IMG/VR virus record: IMGVR_UViG_3300043419_000731
Span: 32,001 to 96,000 of that record
From: a virus
DNA length: 64,000 bases
Direction: 5' to 3' (one strand)
The translations under genes were made by a program, and so were the position numbers. How positions within the stretch are numbered: the first letter of the stretch is position 1; every line of letters begins with the position of its first letter. The notes under the pieces are model-generated. The model saw nothing but the letters and a program-made list of their open reading frames with translations. It was not told the DNA's origin and made no database searches. Of the stretch, positions 56,104 to 64,000 are shown piece by piece.

Positions 56104-57411
56104 ATGTCAAACAAAAAAGTAGGAATTAAATCTTCCGCCCAAGACAACTTCTTAGAGCCAAGTGCTGTAACGTCTTTATCAGCAACTGCTGTAAATGGCG
56201 GAAATAATGGAAATGGTACTGTTAACTTAACATGGTCACTTCCAGCCGCATCACCGCCAGCAACACTTTACACAGTAACATCAAATCCAGCTACAACTAC
56301 ACAAACATCAGCTAGCACATCAATAACATTTAATGGGCTTACTGGAGGAACATCTTATACGTTTACAGTAGTAGCTTCAAATGCAGCAGGAAATAGCTTG
56401 CCAACTAGCACCACATCTGGTGTTACACCAACTACACTTCCTAATGCGCCCTCAGCTCCAATAGCTTCTTCGCCAAATGCTAACCAGGACGTTATATCCT
56501 GGTCAGCACCATCTTCTAATGGTGGATCAACAATTACAGGATATAGATTAAAGTCCTCAGATGGTCCAACATATGATTATGATGCTAATACAACATCAGC
56601 AACAATTAGCGAATCAGCTGGAACAGCACAGACATATCAGGTTTTGGCAAAGAACTCGAATGGAGATGGTCCGTACTCAGTATCAAGTAATACTATTACG
56701 ACAACTGCTCCATTCTTCCCATTCTTCCCGCCATACTTCCCTTACTTCCCACCTTACTTCCCATACTTCCCACCTTACTTCCCATTCTTCCCGTTCTTCC
56801 CACCGTTCTTCCCACCGTTCTTCCCGTTCTTCCCACCGTTCTTCCCACCGTTCTTCCCGTTCTTCCCACCGTTCTTCCCACCGTTCTTCCCATTCTTCCC
56901 ACCGTTCTTCCCACCATACTTTGCAGCACCATCGTTCCCTTACTTTAAGGTAACAAAGTGTATTGCAGGAGATTCTGAAGTACTTACAACATCAGGATAC
57001 AAGCCAGCAAAGGAATTAAATGTAGGAGATAAACTTCTTACAGTTGATCCAAAAGACTTCAATAATGGTGAAATAACATCAGAGCTAAGTTTGCCAGACA
57101 AGGTATTCCTCTCTGAAACATCAATCGCCACTATCGAGTTGAGCCAAAAGGCACTGCTAAGCTTCAATGACTCACTGATTAAATTCTCAGACGCACAACC
57201 AATATTTGTGAAAGACGGAGAGTTTATTAAGTACAAGACAACTGGAGAAGTAGCTGTAGGAGATATCCTTGCAGAAGTAAATCCAGAAACATGCCAGGTA
57301 ACATACACAACAGTAGAAAAGATTACTGAGCATGAAGCAGGAGATGTCTACGATATCCGATGCTTACCGAACCAGTGGTTCATCGTAGGAAATTATATAG
57401 TAATCTCCTAA
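56104..57411 (+). CDS. FN3-domain protein with 71-aa Pro/Phe/Tyr-only repeat and C-terminal Hint domain (Cys286-end)
   Basis: Two FN3-like units (LTW..P, GLT.GTSYTFTV.A.NAAG.S; P.AP.AP...W.APS.NGGS.ITGY); K|CIAGDSEVLT...GD...VYDIRC...WFIVGNYIVIS. Confidence 0.85.
   Translation: MSNKKVGIKSSAQDNFLEPSAVTSLSATAVNGGNNGNGTVNLTWSLPAASPPATLYTVTSNPATTTQTSASTSITFNGLTGGTSYTFTVVASNAAGNSLPTSTTSGVTPTTLPNAPSAPIASSPNANQDVISWSAPSSNGGSTITGYRLKSSDGPTYDYDANTTSATISESAGTAQTYQVLAKNSNGDGPYSVSSNTITTTAPFFPFFPPYFPYFPPYFPYFPPYFPFFPFFPPFFPPFFPFFPPFFPPFFPFFPPFFPPFFPFFPPFFPPYFAAPSFPYFKVTKCIAGDSEVLTTSGYKPAKELNVGDKLLTVDPKDFNNGEITSELSLPDKVFLSETSIATIELSQKALLSFNDSLIKFSDAQPIFVKDGEFIKYKTTGEVAVGDILAEVNPETCQVTYTTVEKITEHEAGDVYDIRCLPNQWFIVGNYIVIS
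56710..56922 (+). repeat. Low-complexity in-frame repeat encoding (FFP/FFPP/YFP)n
   Basis: TTCTTCCC(A/G) and TTCTTCCCACCG units with 33-bp higher-order period. Confidence 0.9.
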
Positions 57412-57424
57412 AGTAATTAAACAT

Positions 57425-57457
57425 AATCAGGAGGGGTAGCACTTACCCCTCCTGATT
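57425..57457 (+). terminator. Intrinsic terminator
   Basis: AATCAGGAGGGGTA-gcact-TACCCCTCCTGATT followed by a T-rich tract. Confidence 0.85.
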
Positions 57458-57517
57458 ATTTTATATAAAAAGCTTGTCTCCTGAATAATAAAATGCTATA
57501 CTAAACAAGGAGGCAAA

Positions 57518-58270
57518 ATGAGTATTCAAGATACATGGTTTGATAAAGATAGATCTGAGACTTCTTCAAATAGAAGACCAGACAAAACATTTAATGGCAT
57601 CACTGTTAAGAATGAGGCCCTAGGCTTAGATGTATACAAAAATGTATTTACATCTAGTCAGATTCAGAAATACATTAATGCGCTAGAAAATAATTTAAAG
57701 CCAGACACAGAGTTCTTCTGGAATGAAGCAAGAGTTACAAACTCTGAAACACCAATTAAAAAAGCAAGAGATTGCGTAGACTTTAAGATGAACTACGCCT
57801 CACTTGGCGGAGCACAGAATCAAAAGAATGCTGAGCTTTGGGAAACATATGATGAGATCTACAAAGCCCTAAAATCATGCGTGGACGACTATTGCAGGTA
57901 CTGGGGAATCAATGTTACATACTATGAGGTTTTTAACTTTGTAAAGTATGAAGGCGAAGGCAAAGAGTTTAAGATTCATGCTGATGATGGACCAGCATAC
58001 AAAGCAGCCGTATCTGCAGTTATTTATTTAAACAATGACTATGAAGGCGGAGAGATAGCTTTCCCAAGAATGGATAATTTGGTAATTAAGCCAGACCTTG
58101 GGGATATTGCAATATTCCCATCAAACTATATTTACGAGCATGCTTCACTTCCCATTAGATCTGGAACAAAGTATTGCGTAGTTATTATGATGGACTTAAA
58201 TGATTTAGCTCATCAAAATAATAGAATGCAAGGAAGCCCTTCTGCATTCGGAAAAGAATCAGGATATTAA
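57518..58270 (+). CDS. 2OG-Fe(II) oxygenase, P4H-like
   Basis: HAD...YLNNDYEGGE...HAS...KY. Confidence 0.9.
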   Translation: MSIQDTWFDKDRSETSSNRRPDKTFNGITVKNEALGLDVYKNVFTSSQIQKYINALENNLKPDTEFFWNEARVTNSETPIKKARDCVDFKMNYASLGGAQNQKNAELWETYDEIYKALKSCVDDYCRYWGINVTYYEVFNFVKYEGEGKEFKIHADDGPAYKAAVSAVIYLNNDYEGGEIAFPRMDNLVIKPDLGDIAIFPSNYIYEHASLPIRSGTKYCVVIMMDLNDLAHQNNRMQGSPSAFGKESGY

Positions 58271-58271
58271 T

Positions 58272-58967
58272 ATGCAAGCAGAAACTAAAGAAATTGATTT
58301 TAAAGCTGAATGGGCAGAGCCAATCAAGCAGACCTGGACAGAAAAGATTGATCTAGGTTCTGGCATTTGGCTATACAAGAATGTTATCCCAACAGATATC
58401 CCAGCTAGACTGGAAGAACTATTAGCAGACCCATCTAACCCGTATAACTGGATGGAAGCTTTTGTGGGGTACCAACAGAGTATGCCAGAGTATAGAGACT
58501 GTGTTGACTTTAAGTATAAGAAGACAGATATTAATGACCCAAGCGAAGCTGGACAAAAGCTAGTAAAGATTTGGGAGGAGTGCTATGAGCCACAAAGACA
58601 GGCTGTAAGAGATTACTCTAGAATGTATAATATTAATCAGCTTAGATACTGGGAAGCATTCAACTTTATTAGATATACACCAGGAAATCACTTTATGGAG
58701 CACCACGATCATGGATACTCATATAACTGCACAGTTTCACTTGTAGGATATTTTAATGATGACTACGAAGGTGGAGAGCTATACTTTAGACTTCAGAACT
58801 TAAATCTAAAGCCAGAAGCTGGAGATCTTTTTATCTTCCCTTCAACATATATGTATCCACACCAAGCCAAAAAGGTGCACTCAGGAACAAAGTACTCAAT
58901 TGTAACAATGCTTGATTACAGCGAGAAGTTCCATGATCCAAAGTTTTTCCAAGAGACTGGAAACTAA
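58272..58967 (+). CDS. 2OG-Fe(II) oxygenase, P4H-like
   Basis: HHD...YFNDDYEGGEL...HQA...KY. Confidence 0.9.
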   Translation: MQAETKEIDFKAEWAEPIKQTWTEKIDLGSGIWLYKNVIPTDIPARLEELLADPSNPYNWMEAFVGYQQSMPEYRDCVDFKYKKTDINDPSEAGQKLVKIWEECYEPQRQAVRDYSRMYNINQLRYWEAFNFIRYTPGNHFMEHHDHGYSYNCTVSLVGYFNDDYEGGELYFRLQNLNLKPEAGDLFIFPSTYMYPHQAKKVHSGTKYSIVTMLDYSEKFHDPKFFQETGN

Positions 58968-59683
58968 TGATTAACCTTACAGCCTATCAGATGGGCACAG
59001 AAACTGCATCGGTTGAGCCTTTGCAAGTAACTAGAGACTGGATGGATGCAACACCAGAAAAGCATGCATACCATTGTTTTCCAGTAACTCAAGCCAATAC
59101 TGTAGGCTGGACAATCTCTATGCCAGTAGATATTAAATTTATTTGGGATGGAGTAAATGATACAAGCGGGAATCATATAGAGATACTAGAGGGCAATAGC
59201 TTTGTTTATACAGGAAGAGGTCAGTCTTCTGTAAGCTTTAATACAAACCTATTGTTTAGATCAGAAAGCAATGTTAGCTTATTAACAATGACACCACCTA
59301 ACTATTTTAATCCAGATTATCAAGTTATTGGTTCTGTTATATCTACATCATTTTTTAGAAACCCTCTACCGCTTGCAATTAAAGCATTGACTCCAAATAA
59401 AGAAATTTTAATACCTGCAGGAACACCAATTGCAACAATATTGCCAATATCTTTATCTGAACTCAAAGACTCTGTTGTAGAGGTTAAAAAGTTTCCTCAA
59501 GAAGATATGTATGAGTGGAATGAAAAGAATAGAGCCTATGGAGATGCAGCTCAAGTCTTATCCACAAAGGGCGAGTGGACTGATTGGTATAGAGATGCTG
59601 TTGATCAAGACGGCAACAAGATTGGTGAACACGAAGCTAAATCACTTAAGCTTAAAACAGTATACGTAGATACAGAGGTATAA
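58967..59683 (+). CDS. DUF6065-like protein
   Basis: RDWMDATP..HAYHCFP..QAN..GW...W...Y..A. Confidence 0.65.
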   Translation: MINLTAYQMGTETASVEPLQVTRDWMDATPEKHAYHCFPVTQANTVGWTISMPVDIKFIWDGVNDTSGNHIEILEGNSFVYTGRGQSSVSFNTNLLFRSESNVSLLTMTPPNYFNPDYQVIGSVISTSFFRNPLPLAIKALTPNKEILIPAGTPIATILPISLSELKDSVVEVKKFPQEDMYEWNEKNRAYGDAAQVLSTKGEWTDWYRDAVDQDGNKIGEHEAKSLKLKTVYVDTEV

Positions 59684-60415
59684 ATGTCTAACACCATTAA
59701 GTTTGTCAGTAATAGACCATGGCTAACAAAAGATAGCTCTTCAAAGCCAGAACCTATCATAAAGTCTATTCCAGATTGGTATAGAAAAGCTGACAGATTT
59801 GCTAAAAAACCAGATGGAGAATATTGGCAAGATCCTACAATTGGGGGAAAGATTCCTACATGGAAAGCTTGTCCAGCAATATTTGACATTATGGGAACAG
59901 GATATACGCTAAGAACTCCGTGTGATATTGAATTTATAAAGGGTGACTTCGGATCAATTGATTTTAAAATCTCTGATCCAAAGTATAAAGATTTTTGTAC
60001 CAAAAGAGAACCTATGCCACAATTTCATCAGCCAGAGGGATACTATGCAATTCACTTTGCTTGGTTCCCAGATTGGGCTATAGAGACTCCAGAAGGATAC
60101 AGTGTTCTTTACTCACAGCCTTTCAATAGATTTGAGTTGCCATTCCTAACTACATCTGGAATCATTGATAATGATAAGGTAAACTTGCCAGGGTCAATGC
60201 CTTTCTTTTTGCAAAAAGGTTTTAGTGGAATTCTTCCAGCAGGAACTCCTTACGCACAGATGCTTCCATTTAAAAGAGAAGACTGGGAGCATGAGATTGT
60301 TATAGAAAAAGCTTCAAAGCTACAAAGTAAAAATATGGAAAACTCAGCAAAATATAGAAAGCCAGACGGCGGAATATACAAAAACGAAGTATGGTCTAAG
60401 AGAACATACTCATGA
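59684..60415 (+). CDS. DUF6065-related / DSBH-like protein
   Basis: IPDWY.K...TWK.CPAIFD.M.TGY...TP.GYS.L...P.N...SGIIDND...GTP.AQ.LPFKRE.W. Confidence 0.55.
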   Translation: MSNTIKFVSNRPWLTKDSSSKPEPIIKSIPDWYRKADRFAKKPDGEYWQDPTIGGKIPTWKACPAIFDIMGTGYTLRTPCDIEFIKGDFGSIDFKISDPKYKDFCTKREPMPQFHQPEGYYAIHFAWFPDWAIETPEGYSVLYSQPFNRFELPFLTTSGIIDNDKVNLPGSMPFFLQKGFSGILPAGTPYAQMLPFKREDWEHEIVIEKASKLQSKNMENSAKYRKPDGGIYKNEVWSKRTYS

Positions 60416-60433
60416 GGATGGTATAATTAAATT

Positions 60434-61108
60434 ATGGAAGATAAAACATTAGCTAACGGTCCTGCAAACTGGGACAATCGTACTTCAATAACTCCTCCAG
60501 GATTCTTTGGTAATACTCCAGAGCATATCCAGGCAAGAGAAAATTTTATGACTGAAGAAGAAAGAACCTTTTTATTAGAAGCAGCAAAGTCTATTACGGA
60601 GTGGGATAGAACAGAAACACACTACAATGATGATGGAGTAATTATCTATGACTCAACATATTGGGATAACCGTGTTGCTTCAAGACCGATCCTGGACTCT
60701 ATAAATCCAGAGATATCAAATGTTATCGAAAAGCTCGTAGCTAGACTTAAAGTTGAAGTTGATAATCACTTTAAGGTAGACGCTATGCCAACAAGCCCAG
60801 CTATTGTTAGATGGATGGAAGGATATAGACAAGAGCCACATGCAGACAAGCAATTGCAGAATGGCGAGCCTAATGATTTCCCATGGTATGACCTAGCTGG
60901 TCTATTTTACTTAAATGATGATTATGAGGGTGGAGAGCTTTACTTCATGCATCACGATATTGAATTTAAGCCAAAGCCAGGAGCAGCATACTTCTTCCCA
61001 GGAGATGTTGGGTATAGCCATGGTGTAAGAGAAATAAAGAGCGGTATTAGATATGTTATTCCGTTCTTCTGGACTATTATGAAGCATACAGGAGATAAGC
61101 AGCCTTGA
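60434..61108 (+). CDS. 2OG-Fe(II) oxygenase, P4H-like
   Basis: HAD...YLNDDYEGGEL...HGV...RY. Confidence 0.9.
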   Translation: MEDKTLANGPANWDNRTSITPPGFFGNTPEHIQARENFMTEEERTFLLEAAKSITEWDRTETHYNDDGVIIYDSTYWDNRVASRPILDSINPEISNVIEKLVARLKVEVDNHFKVDAMPTSPAIVRWMEGYRQEPHADKQLQNGEPNDFPWYDLAGLFYLNDDYEGGELYFMHHDIEFKPKPGAAYFFPGDVGYSHGVREIKSGIRYVIPFFWTIMKHTGDKQP

Positions 61109-61845
61109 GTAAACAATGCACATGTGGAAGATCTCAGTCTTATCCTTTTTGCGATAACACTCACGCTCAGCCATCACATCCAGTAATTCAAACAATCAAT
61201 CCTCATGCATTTAGCTACTTTAATAAAAAGGATTCTGCGGAGAATGTTGTTGTTCAAGTTCCCAAGTTTATCTCTAAGGGTATGTCAAAAGACCTAATTG
61301 ATGTTTTTGAAAAGGATGAGCTGTGGCAGGATGTTGGATTCCACAAGGCAAGTAATTTATTTCATATAGATTTTGCAGGCAATAAAGAACTTGCTGATCT
61401 GTGGGAAGAGCTTGTTTCAACTATTAAAAGGGCTACAGAAATAGTATTTAAAGACAAGGTTGTAAACACTGGCTTATATATTCAAAAATGGCCAGAAGGA
61501 TCGTATGGAATAAAACATAATGATATGTACAATTTTGATGGAAGCATCGGCAATTTAACATCCAGAATAGCAACAACCTTATTCTTGCACTCACCTTTTA
61601 CTGGAGGGAATTTAGAGTTCCCAGATCATGAGCTAGCTATTGAGCCTAAGATGGGGTCACTGTATTTGTTCAAAGGTGGACCAGACAACGAACATCAAAT
61701 TGCAGAAATAACATCTGGATTAAGATATACAGTTATTGCATTTTGGGATTTTGAAAGCTCAACCTATACCGATGAAGAATTACAGGGTATGGAAGATAGC
61801 AAGAAGAAGTGGGAAAATTATATGAAGACAGGTGAGGGGCTATGA
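61105..61845 (+). CDS. 2OG-Fe(II) oxygenase with N-terminal CDGSH-type Fe-S motif
   Basis: CTCGRSQSYPFCDNTH; HND...GGNL...HQI...RY. Confidence 0.82.
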   Translation: MSKQCTCGRSQSYPFCDNTHAQPSHPVIQTINPHAFSYFNKKDSAENVVVQVPKFISKGMSKDLIDVFEKDELWQDVGFHKASNLFHIDFAGNKELADLWEELVSTIKRATEIVFKDKVVNTGLYIQKWPEGSYGIKHNDMYNFDGSIGNLTSRIATTLFLHSPFTGGNLEFPDHELAIEPKMGSLYLFKGGPDNEHQIAEITSGLRYTVIAFWDFESSTYTDEELQGMEDSKKKWENYMKTGEGL

Positions 61846-62639
61846 CAAAAGACTTAGAGTTTATTACGATATATCCTAGAATAAATGTTTATAGAAATAC
61901 ATTTAAAGATGTAGAAAAATTTTTAGAGCAAGCAAAGTCAGAAGAGGGATGGATTCAGTGGTATACCTTTGGACAAATGCTGCCTCTCCAAGAAGCGCCT
62001 CTTGATTTTGACCATTTCCCAACAAAAGAAGAGTATATTAAGCTAAGAGATTCACAGCCATCTTCTCAAAAGAATTTAACAGATGAGATAGGTGAAATAT
62101 TCTACGACGTAACAAAGCATTGGTTAGACATGAATCCAGATATGGGATTAATTAATTACCATAAGGGATCAGCATCAATTAATATCTATAAGAATGAAGC
62201 TGGGTTATCAGAAAACTACTCTATGAATTATCATACAGATTTTGTTGTACCTCTTAGAGATGCACCAGGAACCAAGTTTGGCATTACAACAACATTTTAT
62301 TTGAATGACGATTATGAAGATGGAGAGATCTGTTTTAAGATTGGAGATCATTTTATATCTCACAAGCCTAAAGCAGGAGATGTTATTGTATTCCCATCAA
62401 GAGACCCATACTACCATGCAGTAAGAAAGTCTTCTGGTAACAATAGATATATGATCAGATCATTCTGGGAGTACAACTTCCCTGGTACCGATGAGTGGCT
62501 TGCTGGACAAGCAGAGCACGGTGAAGAAAAATGGGCTGAGATGGAAAAGATCAGGTTTAAAAAAGAGATAGAAGGCACACAGCAGCAAGCTGAAGATGTT
62601 CACGAATTCTTTGGGAGAGACAACGGTAAATACTTATGA
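61842..62639 (+). CDS. 2OG-Fe(II) oxygenase, P4H-like
   Basis: HTD...YLNDDYEDGE...HAV...RY. Confidence 0.88.
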   Translation: MTKDLEFITIYPRINVYRNTFKDVEKFLEQAKSEEGWIQWYTFGQMLPLQEAPLDFDHFPTKEEYIKLRDSQPSSQKNLTDEIGEIFYDVTKHWLDMNPDMGLINYHKGSASINIYKNEAGLSENYSMNYHTDFVVPLRDAPGTKFGITTTFYLNDDYEDGEICFKIGDHFISHKPKAGDVIVFPSRDPYYHAVRKSSGNNRYMIRSFWEYNFPGTDEWLAGQAEHGEEKWAEMEKIRFKKEIEGTQQQAEDVHEFFGRDNGKYL

Positions 62640-63400
62640 AAAATGGAATGATTGATGTAATAGATCCTGATAAGTTTATTATTTTACAGGATGAGGTTGT
62701 ACCAGAAGAAAAAGCTGGGGTGCTAGGCGTTTATACAAATAAGATAGTTGAGATCCCAAACTTTATTGACCCAGAAGTTGTTCCAAAGATGATTAACTTT
62801 TTTGAAAATTGCGACGTAGACTGGGGAGATATTGCATTTTATGGATCTTCAGGCAAAGGTATTTTAACTGATGCCACCACAATGGAAAAGTTTGGATTGC
62901 CAGATGGATTCTTTGATAAACTAAAAGACAAGTATCAGGAAGCAGTTACAACTGTATTTGGCAGAGAGGTAAGAGCAAATACTTCTCATGCACAGAAATG
63001 GGATGTGGGAGGATTTGCATCACCACACTCAGACAATTCAAATAATGAAGGAAAACCAAATGCATTTGAGATTAATAAATACGTAGGCATTTTATATCTA
63101 AATGATGATTATGAAGGTGGAAATCTTTATTTCTGTGACAAAGATAAAGAGATGGAGCCATATCTATCATTTAAGCCAAATGCATACTCTTACTATGTTT
63201 TCCCAGGAGGATATGAAAATATTCATGGAGTTGCTGAGATCACAGCTGGAACGAGATATACAATGGTTTCATTCTGGGACTTTGCAGATTTAGAATATGA
63301 CGAAGAGACTCTAGAGCGCTGGAAAGAAGAAGAGCGCCAGGTTAGAGTTGAGCAGGCCGCACAGAAAGAAGAGTGGGAAAAGGGTAACAAGTATGCCTAA
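62636..63400 (+). CDS. 2OG-Fe(II) oxygenase, P4H-like
   Basis: HSD...YLNDDYEGGNL...HGV...RY. Confidence 0.9.
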   Translation: MKNGMIDVIDPDKFIILQDEVVPEEKAGVLGVYTNKIVEIPNFIDPEVVPKMINFFENCDVDWGDIAFYGSSGKGILTDATTMEKFGLPDGFFDKLKDKYQEAVTTVFGREVRANTSHAQKWDVGGFASPHSDNSNNEGKPNAFEINKYVGILYLNDDYEGGNLYFCDKDKEMEPYLSFKPNAYSYYVFPGGYENIHGVAEITAGTRYTMVSFWDFADLEYDEETLERWKEEERQVRVEQAAQKEEWEKGNKYA

Positions 63401-63989
63401 CCTTGAAAAGTTTGGCAAGATTCATTATTACAAAAATGTAATTGCTGATCCCGCATCTTTAATAGATTTAATTGAAACATTAGACGAAGAGTTAACAGAC
63501 GATACATCTATCCCAAAATGGCAAGAGTGGTCAGCAAGTGGAGATATCCCATATGTATTTGGATATCAAAAAAGATTTAAGGATGGCGTAGATACTGACG
63601 ATAATCCCAAAATACGTGAGATAAACAATATTTTAAAAGAAGCAATAATAGAATCATCAAATGACTATGCCAACATTTATCAGGCAGAGCTAGGCATGCT
63701 TATGCCAATATCTGTTAGCAAATATTCTACAACAAAATCCATGGGGCCACATGTAGATGATTATGGAAATGAAGATAATCCAAACATTTCAGTTGTTCTT
63801 TATCTTAACGATGATTATGAAGGCGGAGAGCTTTACTTTAAAGATCAGGATGTAAAGATAAAGCCAGAGGCTGGGAGTATAGTAATTTTCCCATCTATTG
63901 AGCCTTATTATCACGAATCCCTACCAGTTGTTTCTGGCACAAAGTATATGTGTCCAGGATTCTGGCGTAAAACTAACAAGGTGGTATAA
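63393..63989 (+). CDS. 2OG-Fe(II) oxygenase, P4H-like
   Basis: HVD...YLNDDYEGGEL...HES...KY; likely start ATG 63393. Confidence 0.9.
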   Translation: MPNLEKFGKIHYYKNVIADPASLIDLIETLDEELTDDTSIPKWQEWSASGDIPYVFGYQKRFKDGVDTDDNPKIREINNILKEAIIESSNDYANIYQAELGMLMPISVSKYSTTKSMGPHVDDYGNEDNPNISVVLYLNDDYEGGELYFKDQDVKIKPEAGSIVIFPSIEPYYHESLPVVSGTKYMCPGFWRKTNKVV

Positions 63990-64000
63990 TTAAAAAATGA

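Noticed and set aside
50446-57411. Classical splicing inteins in the two tail-region genes
   Set aside because: Both Hint domains end at the stop codon with IVIS. There is no His-Asn, no C-extein nucleophile and no homing endonuclease, so splicing is impossible. Kept as cleavage-type Hint domains.
1-64000. Stop-codon reassignment
   Set aside because: Recognisable genes are full length under code 11, TAG and TGA both terminate conserved proteins, and no suppressor tRNA is seen.
1-64000. Prophage or bacterial chromosome origin of the window
   Set aside because: No integrase, att-like junction, rRNA or host operon structure. Gene density, micro-ORFs and virion genes fit a free large phage, although the rest of the genome is not visible.

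Overview
This window is a segment of a large, AT-rich tailed phage genome. The host is most likely a freshwater-type Actinobacterium (inference from WhiB, an Lsr2-like mini-protein, GAAAGG-type ribosome-binding sites and class II RNR). No integrase, rRNA or bacterial housekeeping operon is visible. There are four blocks. (1) 1-22.6 kb, + strand, accessory/metabolic genes: IMPDH/GMPR, CHAP amidase, SNase, Hsp20, secreted surface proteins, WhiB, HslV-like and S8 proteases, thioredoxin, a radical SAM/SPASM enzyme with tiny Cys-rich peptides, MetB-like enzyme, 2OG-Fe(II) oxygenases, a Gnt1/GT60-like glycosyltransferase and two tRNAs. (2) 22.6-34.6 kb, - strand, early-type small genes. Their spacers are packed with fixed-geometry motifs: a TGTCAG-N10-TAYAAT promoter (13x), TTTCAGGG-N15-CGTAA (8x), perfect DnaA boxes, perfect CRP boxes and CGACACGCC. 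(3) 34.7-43.9 kb: modification enzymes (JmjC/cupin, SGNH, TylF x2, 2OG x2), tRNA-Ile(UAU), a lytic transglycosylase and NrdJ. (4) 43.9-64 kb: virion/tail-type proteins, then an array of nine oxygenase-type genes. The strongest candidate for an undescribed system is in block 4. Two otherwise unrelated tail-region proteins end in the same module: a Pro/Phe-rich repeat, an identical 14-aa junction (AAPSFPYFKVTK|CI, synonymously diverged) and a terminal 150-aa non-canonical Hint domain. The module sits directly upstream of the prolyl-hydroxylase-like array, and a P4H + hydroxyproline-GlcNAc-transferase-like gene pair lies elsewhere in the window. This suggests autoprocessing plus hydroxylation/glycosylation of virion proteins. 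The second candidate is the multi-regulator binding platform in the early region. All family assignments are by motif recognition only; no database searches were run.
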